IMG/VR virus record: IMGVR_UViG_3300023705_000157
DNA length: 64,000 bases
From: an uncultured virus (IMG/VR IMGVR_UViG_3300023705_000157)
Lineage: Duplodnaviria; Heunggongvirae; Uroviricota; Caudoviricetes
Reading direction: 5' to 3' (one strand)
Shown: in pieces, positions 44,897 through 55,162 of the stretch
How positions within the stretch are numbered: position 1 is the first letter of the stretch
How the letters are laid out: the number at the start of each line of letters is the position of its first letter
Made by a program: the position numbers and the translations under genes
Notes under the pieces: generated by a model
What the model saw: the letters and a program-made list of their open reading frames with translations, nothing else
The model's database searches: none
Told to the model about the DNA's origin: nothing

Positions 44897-47740
44897 ATGC
44901 CGATTGTATCTTTCGGTTTTGACATATCAAAACTTAAAGCGGGCAAAGCTGACGCAGTAGAAGTGTTGAATGTTGTATCTGATACGGCAGGAAAAACACA
45001 AAAATCACTCGATGGCGTCGGGAAGTCTGCACAAAGCAATGCAGGCAAATTAAGGCTTCTCACAAAAGAGATAGTCGGGCTTGCTGCTGCATATAAATCT
45101 CTCCAAGCTCTTTCTGGGTATCTTGGCCGTATATTTAATTTTTCCAGCAATATAGAAGATTCAAAAATCGCCATTGCATCTGTTATTTCTGCAACAAATA
45201 AAATAACAAACGCGCAAGGCAAAAGCCTTGAAGGCATAGAGAAATTCAACGCAGCACAGGAAATCTCTGCCGACCTGATGGAGCATATTCAGGCCGAAGC
45301 CCTCAAGACCACAGCCACGTTCGATAGTCTGGTTGATGGCGTGTCCGGCATCATTGCGCCCGCCACCAAGGCAGGCATTGCCGTGGAAAAGCTGCCGAAA
45401 TTCGCCGTCACCGCAGCCCAGGCCATGACGGCCATGAAAGTTCCCGTGCAACAAATGCGCACGGAAATAGAAGCCCTGCTGTCCGGCAATATCAACAAGG
45501 CACAAGATATTCTTGCTACAAACCTTGGCATCACCGGCGAGATGGTGCGAAACTGGCAGAAACAAGGTACGCTTGTTGATGAGCTGACAAAGCGCCTTGA
45601 AACATTCCAATTCGCCGGTGAAGCCACAGCCAACACATGGTCTGGACTTGTCAGCAACGTCGAGGACGCATTTGACTATCTATCCAGCAAAACGGGCCAT
45701 GGAGTATTTGAGGCTGCGAAGCAATCCTACCGTGAATTTATCGATCTGCTCGTCTCCACAAAGGGTTCAAAGGTCGGCGTCAGCGAAGATATTGAAAACC
45801 TCGTCGACATGGTGACAGAGCTTCAAGATGCCATTGGGGACAGGCTGATAGCGGCCACGCGGGAGTTCATTGAGGAAATTCGCGAATTGAACAAGCCGGA
45901 AAATGTCGCCGCCCTCAAAAAAGAGCTGGAAGACATCGGTCAAACCATGAGTGATGTCTGGGGACTTGTCAAAAAGGTTGGCGGCGAAATTGCCTCTGTC
46001 GTAAAAGTATCTCTGGATGGCTGGAATCAGATGCCAGAGCTCATCAAGGAGATTGGCATCATCGGCGCGTTAGTTTTCGGCTGGAAAGGTCGTGCGCTGC
46101 TGGCCGGACTTGGATATATATACAGTGACTTGCGCCAAATCGTCGGCTACTTGCAAGGCGTTACTATCCCCGAATTTATCAATGACATAGCCTCTGGAAA
46201 TGTTGGGAAGGTGAAACTGCCCAATGGAGGTCTAGCGCGGGCTCACGGTGACGCCTACACTCCTCCCCCGGTGCCATCGCCCGGACTTTCCCGGTCTCAC
46301 GGAACCGGGACTTCATCCCCACGGCGATACAAAGCTGAAAGCGCCATTGGAGGTTTTGACGGGGGCAAGGGCAAAAAGGGCAAAGGGGCAGGCCAGGTTG
46401 AAAATGCCCGCGAGAGCATCCAGAAGTTGCGCGAAGAAATCGCCTCCCTCAACGGTGAATCCACCAAGGCCGGAAACAGCCTTGAACAGAAACTGCGCAG
46501 CATCGAGAAAACCGGCAAAGCCGCGAAGCTGTCTGCCGGTGAAATCGCCCAGCTCAAGCAGGAATATCGTGAGGCATTCCAAACAAATACTCTCAAGGAT
46601 TTTGACAAGGCCGTCCTAAAACTTGAGAACAACGCCGCTGCCCTGCGGCAGATTGAAATGGCCGAGACCCTGCGTGAATGGGAGGGGCGATTCTCGGCAG
46701 CGGGCTTGTCAGCCGGAGAGGCAGCCCCCAAGCTGGCTCGCTTGAAGGAGGCATTGGAGAATCAGTCGCAAGTCAAAGACCTCAAAGCTGCCGCTGATTT
46801 TTACAAGGAATATGCCGAACTATCCGGCCAGACAGGCCAATCCATTGAATTGCAGAACCAGCTTTTGGAGAAGCAACGGCAAGAATGGATCAACATCGGC
46901 ATCCCCATTGAGGATGTGAATAACCGTATCCGCCTGATGCGGGAAGAAATCGCCCGCGATCCGCTTTCCGGCCTTTCCCGTGGCCTGAAGAAGTATTCAA
47001 GCGAGGCCACAGACTTTGCTTCGCAGATGGAGACCGCAGTAACCAACGCATTCACCGGCATGGAAGACGCCTTCGTGCAGTTCGTCCAGACCGGCAAGCT
47101 GTCTTTCAGCGACCTTGCCAACTCCATCATCTCCGACCTGTTGCGCATCGCCATACGGGCCAGCATCACCGGCCCCTTGGCGCAAGGCATCGGAAATCTG
47201 TTCAGCCGTTTTTTCGGCGGCGGCATGAGCTTCAATTCCAGCCCCGGCTACGGCAGCGGCGGCTATTTCCTGAACGGCACATCCAGCCTGCCCGGTTTCG
47301 GTTCCGGGTACGGCATAGGCAGCGCCAAGGGCAACGTCTTCTCCGGCGGCTCGCTCCACGATTACGTCAATACCGTCGTCTCGCAGCCCACGTTCTTCGG
47401 CTACGGCAGCCGCCTCACGGCCTTCGCGCGGGGAGCGGGCGTCATGGGCGAGGCCGGGCCGGAAGCCATCATGCCGCTCATGCGCACGTCCAGCGGGCAT
47501 CTGGGCGTCCGGGCCGTTTCTGACAACGGGCCGCAGTCCGGCAGCAACGTGCAGATAAACATCATCAATGCCACCGGCGAGAAGGTGACGCAGCAGACCC
47601 GCACGGACAACTACGGCAACAAGACCATCGACGTGATGGTGGGCGATGCCGCCGCCAAGCAGGCCGTGAAGCCAGGCAGCGCCATGAACCGCGCCATACG
47701 CGGCGTGACCGGCGTGCAGCAGCAGGTCATCAGGAGGTAA
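44897..47740 (+). CDS. Tape measure protein
   Basis: 947 aa, helical; lambda-type C-terminus AFTGMEDAFVQF...GEAGPEAIMPL. Confidence 0.93.
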   Translation: MPIVSFGFDISKLKAGKADAVEVLNVVSDTAGKTQKSLDGVGKSAQSNAGKLRLLTKEIVGLAAAYKSLQALSGYLGRIFNFSSNIEDSKIAIASVISATNKITNAQGKSLEGIEKFNAAQEISADLMEHIQAEALKTTATFDSLVDGVSGIIAPATKAGIAVEKLPKFAVTAAQAMTAMKVPVQQMRTEIEALLSGNINKAQDILATNLGITGEMVRNWQKQGTLVDELTKRLETFQFAGEATANTWSGLVSNVEDAFDYLSSKTGHGVFEAAKQSYREFIDLLVSTKGSKVGVSEDIENLVDMVTELQDAIGDRLIAATREFIEEIRELNKPENVAALKKELEDIGQTMSDVWGLVKKVGGEIASVVKVSLDGWNQMPELIKEIGIIGALVFGWKGRALLAGLGYIYSDLRQIVGYLQGVTIPEFINDIASGNVGKVKLPNGGLARAHGDAYTPPPVPSPGLSRSHGTGTSSPRRYKAESAIGGFDGGKGKKGKGAGQVENARESIQKLREEIASLNGESTKAGNSLEQKLRSIEKTGKAAKLSAGEIAQLKQEYREAFQTNTLKDFDKAVLKLENNAAALRQIEMAETLREWEGRFSAAGLSAGEAAPKLARLKEALENQSQVKDLKAAADFYKEYAELSGQTGQSIELQNQLLEKQRQEWINIGIPIEDVNNRIRLMREEIARDPLSGLSRGLKKYSSEATDFASQMETAVTNAFTGMEDAFVQFVQTGKLSFSDLANSIISDLLRIAIRASITGPLAQGIGNLFSRFFGGGMSFNSSPGYGSGGYFLNGTSSLPGFGSGYGIGSAKGNVFSGGSLHDYVNTVVSQPTFFGYGSRLTAFARGAGVMGEAGPEAIMPLMRTSSGHLGVRAVSDNGPQSGSNVQINIINATGEKVTQQTRTDNYGNKTIDVMVGDAAAKQAVKPGSAMNRAIRGVTGVQQQVIRR

Positions 47741-47746
47741 GCCGCC

Positions 47747-48133
47747 ATGCCCATGTGGCCTTTGATTCTTCCCCAGCGCCCGCAGCAGAACAGCTACAAG
47801 CGCACGTTGCCGAACATGACCATACGCACGGACATGGAGACCGGCCCGGCCAAGGTTCGCTGGCGGGGCGGCAACAGCCCGCAGACGGTGGAAGCGTCCT
47901 ACATCCTCACGGACGCCCAGCGCGATGCGCTGGAAACCTTCGTCATGGAGGTAGTGAAGCAGGGGGCCATCTGTTTTGACTGGCCGGACCCGGAACACGG
48001 CGGGGACTATGTGCTCGCGCGGCTGACGGGCGGCAATGACGGCGCGCTGTCCTTCACCCCCTTTGCCCCCGGCTGGTGGAGCGTCACGGTGAAGCTGGAA
48101 TTTTGGCGCAACGCGCCCACGGGGGGCGAGTGA
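47747..48133 (+). CDS. Distal tail protein
   Basis: IRTDMETGPAKVR, FDWPDP. Confidence 0.75.
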   Translation: MPMWPLILPQRPQQNSYKRTLPNMTIRTDMETGPAKVRWRGGNSPQTVEASYILTDAQRDALETFVMEVVKQGAICFDWPDPEHGGDYVLARLTGGNDGALSFTPFAPGWWSVTVKLEFWRNAPTGGE

Positions 48134-48648
48134 TGCCCCTCTCGCCGCGCACAACCGCCGCCATGATGCAGCAGCAGACTGACGACAGCGATATTGTGCT
48201 GATTACCATAACGCATCCGTCGTGGACGCAGCCCGTCAGGCTTTCAACGCACGCGACGGTGCTGCTGCGCACGGACGCCGACACCGGGCAGCCTGTGTTC
48301 GGCACGGTCAGCCGGGGCGCTGAATATCTCTATGTTCCCATACAGGCCACCTTGCCGACCTCGCAGGATGAGCAGCCGCCGGAGGCGCACCTCATCGTCA
48401 GCAATGTGAGCCGTTTTTTGTCGCCCTACCTCAAGATGGTGGACAAGACGCCCCCGCGCATCACGCTGGAAGTGGTCAACACCAACGCGCCGGACGTGGT
48501 GGATGTGGCCTACCCCGAACTGGATTTGCAGACAGTGACGTGGGACGCCAACACGGTTGACGCGCAGATCATCAATAACATCGCGTCCAATGAGCCCATG
48601 CCGTGGATGCGCTTCAACCTCTCCAACTTCCCCAACATGCAGGAGTGA
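48133..48648 (+). CDS. Minor tail protein (DUF1833-like)
   Basis: LITITHP; position. Confidence 0.7.
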   Translation: MPLSPRTTAAMMQQQTDDSDIVLITITHPSWTQPVRLSTHATVLLRTDADTGQPVFGTVSRGAEYLYVPIQATLPTSQDEQPPEAHLIVSNVSRFLSPYLKMVDKTPPRITLEVVNTNAPDVVDVAYPELDLQTVTWDANTVDAQIINNIASNEPMPWMRFNLSNFPNMQE

Positions 48649-48652
48649 CGCC

Positions 48653-49090
48653 GTGTATTACGATTTGGCGCAATATCTGGGCATTCCCTTCCGCGACCAC
48701 GGGCGCGACGCGACGGGCTGCGACTGCTGGGGGCTGGTTCGGCTGGTGTACCGGGAACAGCTTGGTATCACCATGCCCGACCTGGGGGACAGGTACAGCG
48801 ACGCCTACGCCAAGGGCGAGGTGAGCCGCACGGCGGCGGACGCCACGGCGGAAAGCTGGAACATCGACGTGACCGGGCAGCCGTTGCGGGAACTGGACGT
48901 GCTGACCTTCACGCGGGCGGGCATTGAGACGCATGTGGGCCTCTATGCGGCCCCCGGCGTCATGCTGCACGTCATGGAGGGCATGCTCGCGGCCTTCGAG
49001 CGGTTTGACACGGTGCGCTGGCGGCGTCGCTTCGGGCGGGCGCTGCGGCATGTGGCGGCATGTAACCTAAAATGTAACCCGGCAATGTAA
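48653..49090 (+). CDS. NlpC/P60 tail assembly protein
   Basis: GIPFRDHGRD..GCDCWGLV, HVGLY, MLH. Confidence 0.9.
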   Translation: MYYDLAQYLGIPFRDHGRDATGCDCWGLVRLVYREQLGITMPDLGDRYSDAYAKGEVSRTAADATAESWNIDVTGQPLRELDVLTFTRAGIETHVGLYAAPGVMLHVMEGMLAAFERFDTVRWRRRFGRALRHVAACNLKCNPAM

Positions 49091-49169
49091 CCTACGGCTA
49101 CAGCATGAAATCATTGACGAATTTAGACCGGGGTCAACGGCGGGCGCGCCGTTCACAGGGGGAAGGCAT

Positions 49170-52100
49170 ATGCTGAAGGTCGCACCATCTGAAATCGCCG
49201 TCTGCGGCCGCCGGTGGGATTCCACGCGCCCGAACCTCTGGGGCGCGCCGGAGGGGCTTTCGCTGGAACACATCATCACCGGCAGCATCGAACGGGCGTA
49301 CCGGGAGCACCAGTACAGCCGCAGCCAGTACCGCGCCCTGCTGCGCTATGCCCGCTGCCGCCTGAACGGCATCGAGATAGAGCGGGAATTGTGGGCCACC
49401 ACCTACCCCAAGGCCGGGGCGCGTGTGGAAGTCCTGCACGGCGTGCGCGGTGGCGGCGGCGGTGGTGGCGGAGGCGGCAAGAACCCCATTGCCACGGTGC
49501 TGGGGGTGATTGTGGTCGCCGTCGCAACTATAGCGACATTTTACATAGGCGGTGCGGGCGGGTATGCCGCCGCTGCCGGATGGAGCGCATTTCAGACGGG
49601 CATGGCCGTTGCCGGTATCGGCCTTGCTGCGGCTGGTGCGCTGTACGCTATCAACGCCCTTTTCCCGGCCCCCACGCCTTCCCTTGGCGGCTTCGGCGGC
49701 GGCTATGAGCGCGACATCGAAAAAACATCGCAGACGTACAGTATTTCCGGCGGGCGGAACACGGCGCAGGTGGGCGGCTATGTTCCCCTTGTCTGCGGCA
49801 GGCACCGCTTCACCCCGCCGCTGGGGGGCCGCAGTTGGACGAAGTGGGAGGGTGAAAAGCAGTTCTTCCACATGCTGGTTGTCTGGGGACACCCGGACGT
49901 CAGTGTGTCGGACTTCCGTATCGGGGAAACGCCGCTGGCCTCGTTCAAGGACGTGGCCCATAAGTTCCACCAGTCCACCACCGGGAACGACCTCAAATAC
50001 TTCGCCAAGAGCTACCGGGAAGAGAACGTCGGGGCCGTCATCAAGCAGGCCGAGGGCTGGACAAGCCGCGTCGTGGGCGAGGCGGAGGCCATCAGCCTTG
50101 ACTTCGCGTTCCAGCGCGGGCTGGTGGACATCAATAGCCAGAACGGCAGCCGTCGTTATCGTTCCGTGGAGTTTCAGGCGCAGTACCGGGAACAGGGCAC
50201 GGAGACGTGGCACAACTTCGGCAGCATCGCGGCGACCTCTTATGCCGGCGGCACGGTCACGGGCAGCGCCCAAGTCCATGTCTTTGCCAATGCCAATACG
50301 GAGAAGGAGTACGTCCATGATTATGATTGGGACGGAAACTATTACAGTTATTGGACAGGTCGCTATGTCACGACCAGTTATAGTGCCACGGCCTCGGCAT
50401 CAAAGGGCGGCAGCATTCAGATATGGCCCGACCGCACCCCCGGCTTGAGCGGCTGCGACGTGACGTTCGGCGTGTCTGGTTCAAAAGTTACGGTGTCCAT
50501 TTCCAATGGCTCTTACGGTGGGACGACTGTCCATGGCACAACAGTAACTATGGACGCCCCGAACTTCCGCATCTTCCTCAACGAGGACGGCTCGCTTTTC
50601 GCCAACAGCGGGGCGACGCAGATATATCCCACGCCGTCGGGCATAGCTCCCGCCTCTGTCGCCATGACGGCCTATGACGGGCAGGAGGTGACGGCGACCG
50701 TTGCGGCGGGCAGTTACGAGGGCACGGGCACATACACGTTCAAGGCCAAGACGCAGAACCTCGTCATGCGCAACATCCGCATGGAGGGGCTGCCCCGCGC
50801 CACCTATGAGGTCCGCGTACGCCGGAACACGGCGGATGTGGACAGCAGTTACATTTTCGACGAGGCGCAATGGAGCGTCATGCGGGCCATTCTCAACGAG
50901 GCCGCCTTCAAGACGCCCATCCCTATCTGCGTTTCCGAACTGCGCATCCGGGCCAGCGAGCAGCTTTCAGGCTATGTGGACAACTTCAACGCGCTGTGCG
51001 TGAGCAATATCCCGGACTGGAACGGCACGGCGTGGGCCACGGCCAATACCAGCAACCCGGCTAGCATCATGCGCTACCTGCTCACCACGCGGCACGGCCT
51101 GAGCAACCCCTACAGCACGTCAAAGCTGGACAATGCCGCCCTCGTAGAACTGTGGAACTACTGCCACGACAACGGGTACGAGTTCAATTTTATCTGCGAC
51201 AGCGAGGAAAACACTTGGTCGCGGCTGGTGCAGGTGCTCGCTCCCGGCAGGGCCGCCCCAACCACGGACGTTGACGGCCTTTGGGGCGTGGTCATCGACC
51301 GCAACGGCAAGACGCCCGTGCAGTTGTTCACCCCGCGCAATTCGTGGGGCATGCAGGTGCAGCGCGGCTTTGTAGACATGCCGGACGCCCTGCGCGTCAG
51401 TTTTGTCGACCAAACGGACGATTACGTCCAGAAAGAGGCGTATGTCTACAATGACGGCTACAGCGCCAACGGGGAAAACGGCACGCAGCGGGCGCAGAAC
51501 GTCATTGAATGGGATTTTCCCGGCATCACGTCGTGGGACAAAATCTGGCAGCAAGGCCGCCTGTATATGGCCCGCGCCCTGCATCGGCAGATGACCGTCA
51601 CCATCAACACGGACTGGGAATGGCTGGCCTGCCACCGGGGCGACCTTGTGGGCGTGGCGTCGGACGTGCTGATGAACGTGTTTGGCTGCGCCCGCGTGCT
51701 GCGGCTGGCCTACGCCGTGGACGGGGAAACCGTGCTGGTGGGGCCGGACGATGCCGCGCCGGAGGGCCTGCCCGTGGGCGTGGAACTGGACGACAGCATC
51801 CTTTTTGACGAACCCGCCCCGGCCCGCTACGGCATCGCCTTGCGCTCGAATACGGGCGCGCTGACCACGTTGGAACTGCTGCCGCAGTACGGGCAGGAGG
51901 CGGCGCTGGTCATGTTCCGCAATCCCCTGCAGTCCGCCGCGCAGGTGCCGCCCTTCGGGGCGCTCTGCACCGTCTCCCTGCTGGGCGAGGAATACGACGA
52001 ATACCTTGTGGCGTCCATCAGCCCCGGTGACAATCTGGGCGCGGAACTGACGCTTGTGCCGTACAAGATGGACGAGATCGAGGCCGCCATCTCCGGGGAG

Positions 52101-55100
52101 ATCCCTTCATATGAGGAATCCGTGCTTCTGGACGTGGTGCGCGGGCGGAAACTGCCGACGCCGACCATCAGCCTTGTGCGGAGCGACGAGACGGTTCTGG
52201 AGATGCTGGGAGGCGAGGTATCCCCCCGCATCGCCGTCTGGTGGAAGATGCCCGCCATGAACGTCAATGCGTCCACATTGTCCTATCAGGCGCGGGCCGC
52301 GCTGGTAACGCAGGAGGATGAGGACGGGGATACGGTGTACCTGCTGGGCAATGCCCCCGGCACAGACCCCTTCGTAGGCATCTCTCATGTGGAGGAGGGG
52401 GCCGTCTACAATGTGCAGATCCGCGCCACAAATCCGGCTACGGGCGTCACCTCCGAATGGTCTGACCCGGTGCAGCACGCCGTCGTGGGGCGGACGACCG
52501 TCCCCCCGTCACCGCGCAACGTGACCATCACGCCCAATGCCCCGGCGGGGTTGCTCATTGCGTGGGACGCCGTGGCCGTGTTCGACCTCGACCATTATGA
52601 AGTGCAGGGGCCACTCAGGTTTTTACAGACGACAAAAGAAACGTCTGTCACTATGGCCCCAAACCAGTTGACCGGAGAACTGACATTCCTCGTTTTTGCC
52701 ATAGACGTTCTGGGCCTGCGTTCAGCGCCTGCGCGGTCGACCTACACCGTGCTGCCCCCTGCCGCGCCGGTCGTTGCGGACGCCCTGCTCATGGATGACG
52801 GCATCGAAATGTCGTGGAGCAATGCCCAGACCACATGGCCCATTGACCTGTATGTGATGCAGTGCGGCAACAAACAGGCGACCAGCCTTGAAACGCAGGG
52901 CATCTGTCCCGTGCCGCAGAACTTTGAGCGCGGAGATACGGTTACGGTTAGGGCCAGAGACATCTTCCGCAATGTCGGCGACTGGTCTGAACCATTCCAA
53001 GTGAGAATCATCCCCCCTGCCAAGCCCATACTGACGCTTGGCGTGTCGGCAGACGGCAACGTTCAGGTTTCGTGGCAGGACTGCAAGACCACAACCACCA
53101 TCGCCCGCTACATTCTGGAAGGGGCTATCAGCGGTTCCACGGCGGGCCTGTCCGCAGAAATCTCCGTCAAGGACATTCTCTGGACGACCATCGAGGAAAT
53201 GGGCGTGACCTACCGCATCGGCGCGGTCACCGTCTATGTGACGGCAGAGGACAAGTACGGTTTTCAGGGGGAACGCGGCGGCCAGACCTATCTCATCTAC
53301 CCCCCGTATAATCCTGTCCTGACCATGCGGATTCAGTCGGACGGCCTGTACCTGACATGGCAGGATTGCACACGGACGTTCGCGCTCGACCACTACGTCG
53401 TCTTCGACGAATACTACAATGAAACCTTTGTGGTGGACGGCACGTCGCAGCTTCTGAAGCCGCGCCCCGCAGGCGTCTACAACTTCTATGTTCAGGCATT
53501 CGACGTGGTGGGCAACTATTCGTCGCGCATGATGCTCTCCAACTATACCATCTACGGCGTGGGGGCCGTACAAGCTGCGGCGGTCATTGACGGCGCGGAT
53601 ATCCTGCTGTCGTGGGCCTTACCATCGACCACCTTCCCGATGGACTACTACACCATCTATGACATGCACGGTGTGGAGATGGGGAAGGCGAAAGTGAACT
53701 ACTTCCGCTTCCCCGCCCCGGTTGCCGGGGCGTACGAGTACAGCATTGTCGGGCGGGATGTCGCGGGCAATATCGGTTTGGAGGGAGTGCGGGCCGCCAT
53801 AACCATAAACGTGCCCCTCGCGCCAACTGTCAGCGCGTCTTTGGCAGGGGAAGGCGTGGCCCTTACGTGGTATGCGGACGCGGGCGAAAACACCCTGCCG
53901 GTGATTGCGTGGGACGTGATTCGGCAGTGGGAAGTGGAGAGGGGTGACGGCGTTATAGAAACCAAGGAGGAAGACTACGGGCGGCTGGACGTGAACACCC
54001 TGACCGTCCCTGCCATGAGTACCGGCGAGCACACGTTCATGGTGCGCGGCATCGACAGCGCGGGCAACGTGGGGCCGTGGGGTTATGTCGACTTCAACGT
54101 GCAGGGGCCGGGGCGCGTCACCTTTGTCAACTGCGCTACCATTGACAACAACGTGATGCTGTACTGGACGGAGCCTGACAGGATATTCTTCCCCATTGCC
54201 TACTACCTGTTCGAGGAAATCGAGGACGGCGAATACAGCATGGAGATAGGCCGCATTGATGCCCTGTTCACCAGCAGCTTCGAGAGCAAGTCCGGCCTCT
54301 ACACCTATGGCATCACGCCCGTGGACGTGGCAGGCAACAGGGGCGAGCGTTCGACCATCGCAATGCAGGTGGCGCAGCCCCCGGATTTCATCCTGTACCA
54401 CGACCTTGATTCCCTGTTCAACGGCACACGGACGAATTTCGTTCTGGATGGCGTAGGCAACATGATCGGCCCCTACGCCGACGCCACATGGCAGGAGAAC
54501 CTCGACGCCATTGCCGCCCTGCACGGCAGCACGGCAGAAGATATTACTTGGCAGAACAAGATAGGCTACGGCTATGAATACTTCCCAGACCCGCCCGCCG
54601 CGTCGGCGACCTATGTTGAGGTGGTGGACGTGGGGACGATTGTCCCGTCAACGAGGATAGCCGTCACCATCACCAGCCGTGCATTGTCCGGTGACCCGGA
54701 CTTTTCGTGCAAAATTGAGGTTAGCACGGACAATGCGACATGGCGGGAAATCAGCGACGACGCCCTTATGGTGTACGCGACGCAGTTCAGGTATGTCCGC
54801 TACACTATCGGCTGCACCGGCGGCGTGGCAGTCATTTCCAACATCAACTACAACTTGAGCGTAAAGCGTCTGACGGACTTTGGGCATGTTACGTCCAACG
54901 CCTCTGACAATGGTGAGGGCTATGTAGACGACCAGACAACACCCATGCTCAAGGGGACGTGGGTTCCCTTCAACGTATCTTTCACGGATGTGGAATCGCT
55001 GCCCAAGCCGAACGTGGTTAATAACGAAAATTATACGGCGTACACCACCTTCGAGGACGTGCTGAACCCCACAGGATTCAGGGTGTATGTGCTGGACAAG

Positions 55101-55151
55101 AACGGCAACCGTGTTACCGCTGAAGTCGACTGGGTCGCCTACGGCGTGTAA
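49170..55151 (+). CDS. Tail tip / host specificity protein J with Fn3-like repeats (fused N-terminal tail assembly domain)
   Basis: 1993 aa; SNPA motif; repeated AxDxxGN beta-sandwich motifs. Confidence 0.9.
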   Translation: MLKVAPSEIAVCGRRWDSTRPNLWGAPEGLSLEHIITGSIERAYREHQYSRSQYRALLRYARCRLNGIEIERELWATTYPKAGARVEVLHGVRGGGGGGGGGGKNPIATVLGVIVVAVATIATFYIGGAGGYAAAAGWSAFQTGMAVAGIGLAAAGALYAINALFPAPTPSLGGFGGGYERDIEKTSQTYSISGGRNTAQVGGYVPLVCGRHRFTPPLGGRSWTKWEGEKQFFHMLVVWGHPDVSVSDFRIGETPLASFKDVAHKFHQSTTGNDLKYFAKSYREENVGAVIKQAEGWTSRVVGEAEAISLDFAFQRGLVDINSQNGSRRYRSVEFQAQYREQGTETWHNFGSIAATSYAGGTVTGSAQVHVFANANTEKEYVHDYDWDGNYYSYWTGRYVTTSYSATASASKGGSIQIWPDRTPGLSGCDVTFGVSGSKVTVSISNGSYGGTTVHGTTVTMDAPNFRIFLNEDGSLFANSGATQIYPTPSGIAPASVAMTAYDGQEVTATVAAGSYEGTGTYTFKAKTQNLVMRNIRMEGLPRATYEVRVRRNTADVDSSYIFDEAQWSVMRAILNEAAFKTPIPICVSELRIRASEQLSGYVDNFNALCVSNIPDWNGTAWATANTSNPASIMRYLLTTRHGLSNPYSTSKLDNAALVELWNYCHDNGYEFNFICDSEENTWSRLVQVLAPGRAAPTTDVDGLWGVVIDRNGKTPVQLFTPRNSWGMQVQRGFVDMPDALRVSFVDQTDDYVQKEAYVYNDGYSANGENGTQRAQNVIEWDFPGITSWDKIWQQGRLYMARALHRQMTVTINTDWEWLACHRGDLVGVASDVLMNVFGCARVLRLAYAVDGETVLVGPDDAAPEGLPVGVELDDSILFDEPAPARYGIALRSNTGALTTLELLPQYGQEAALVMFRNPLQSAAQVPPFGALCTVSLLGEEYDEYLVASISPGDNLGAELTLVPYKMDEIEAAISGEIPSYEESVLLDVVRGRKLPTPTISLVRSDETVLEMLGGEVSPRIAVWWKMPAMNVNASTLSYQARAALVTQEDEDGDTVYLLGNAPGTDPFVGISHVEEGAVYNVQIRATNPATGVTSEWSDPVQHAVVGRTTVPPSPRNVTITPNAPAGLLIAWDAVAVFDLDHYEVQGPLRFLQTTKETSVTMAPNQLTGELTFLVFAIDVLGLRSAPARSTYTVLPPAAPVVADALLMDDGIEMSWSNAQTTWPIDLYVMQCGNKQATSLETQGICPVPQNFERGDTVTVRARDIFRNVGDWSEPFQVRIIPPAKPILTLGVSADGNVQVSWQDCKTTTTIARYILEGAISGSTAGLSAEISVKDILWTTIEEMGVTYRIGAVTVYVTAEDKYGFQGERGGQTYLIYPPYNPVLTMRIQSDGLYLTWQDCTRTFALDHYVVFDEYYNETFVVDGTSQLLKPRPAGVYNFYVQAFDVVGNYSSRMMLSNYTIYGVGAVQAAAVIDGADILLSWALPSTTFPMDYYTIYDMHGVEMGKAKVNYFRFPAPVAGAYEYSIVGRDVAGNIGLEGVRAAITINVPLAPTVSASLAGEGVALTWYADAGENTLPVIAWDVIRQWEVERGDGVIETKEEDYGRLDVNTLTVPAMSTGEHTFMVRGIDSAGNVGPWGYVDFNVQGPGRVTFVNCATIDNNVMLYWTEPDRIFFPIAYYLFEEIEDGEYSMEIGRIDALFTSSFESKSGLYTYGITPVDVAGNRGERSTIAMQVAQPPDFILYHDLDSLFNGTRTNFVLDGVGNMIGPYADATWQENLDAIAALHGSTAEDITWQNKIGYGYEYFPDPPAASATYVEVVDVGTIVPSTRIAVTITSRALSGDPDFSCKIEVSTDNATWREISDDALMVYATQFRYVRYTIGCTGGVAVISNINYNLSVKRLTDFGHVTSNASDNGEGYVDDQTTPMLKGTWVPFNVSFTDVESLPKPNVVNNENYTAYTTFEDVLNPTGFRVYVLDKNGNRVTAEVDWVAYGV

Positions 55152-55162
55152 AGGAGAATATC

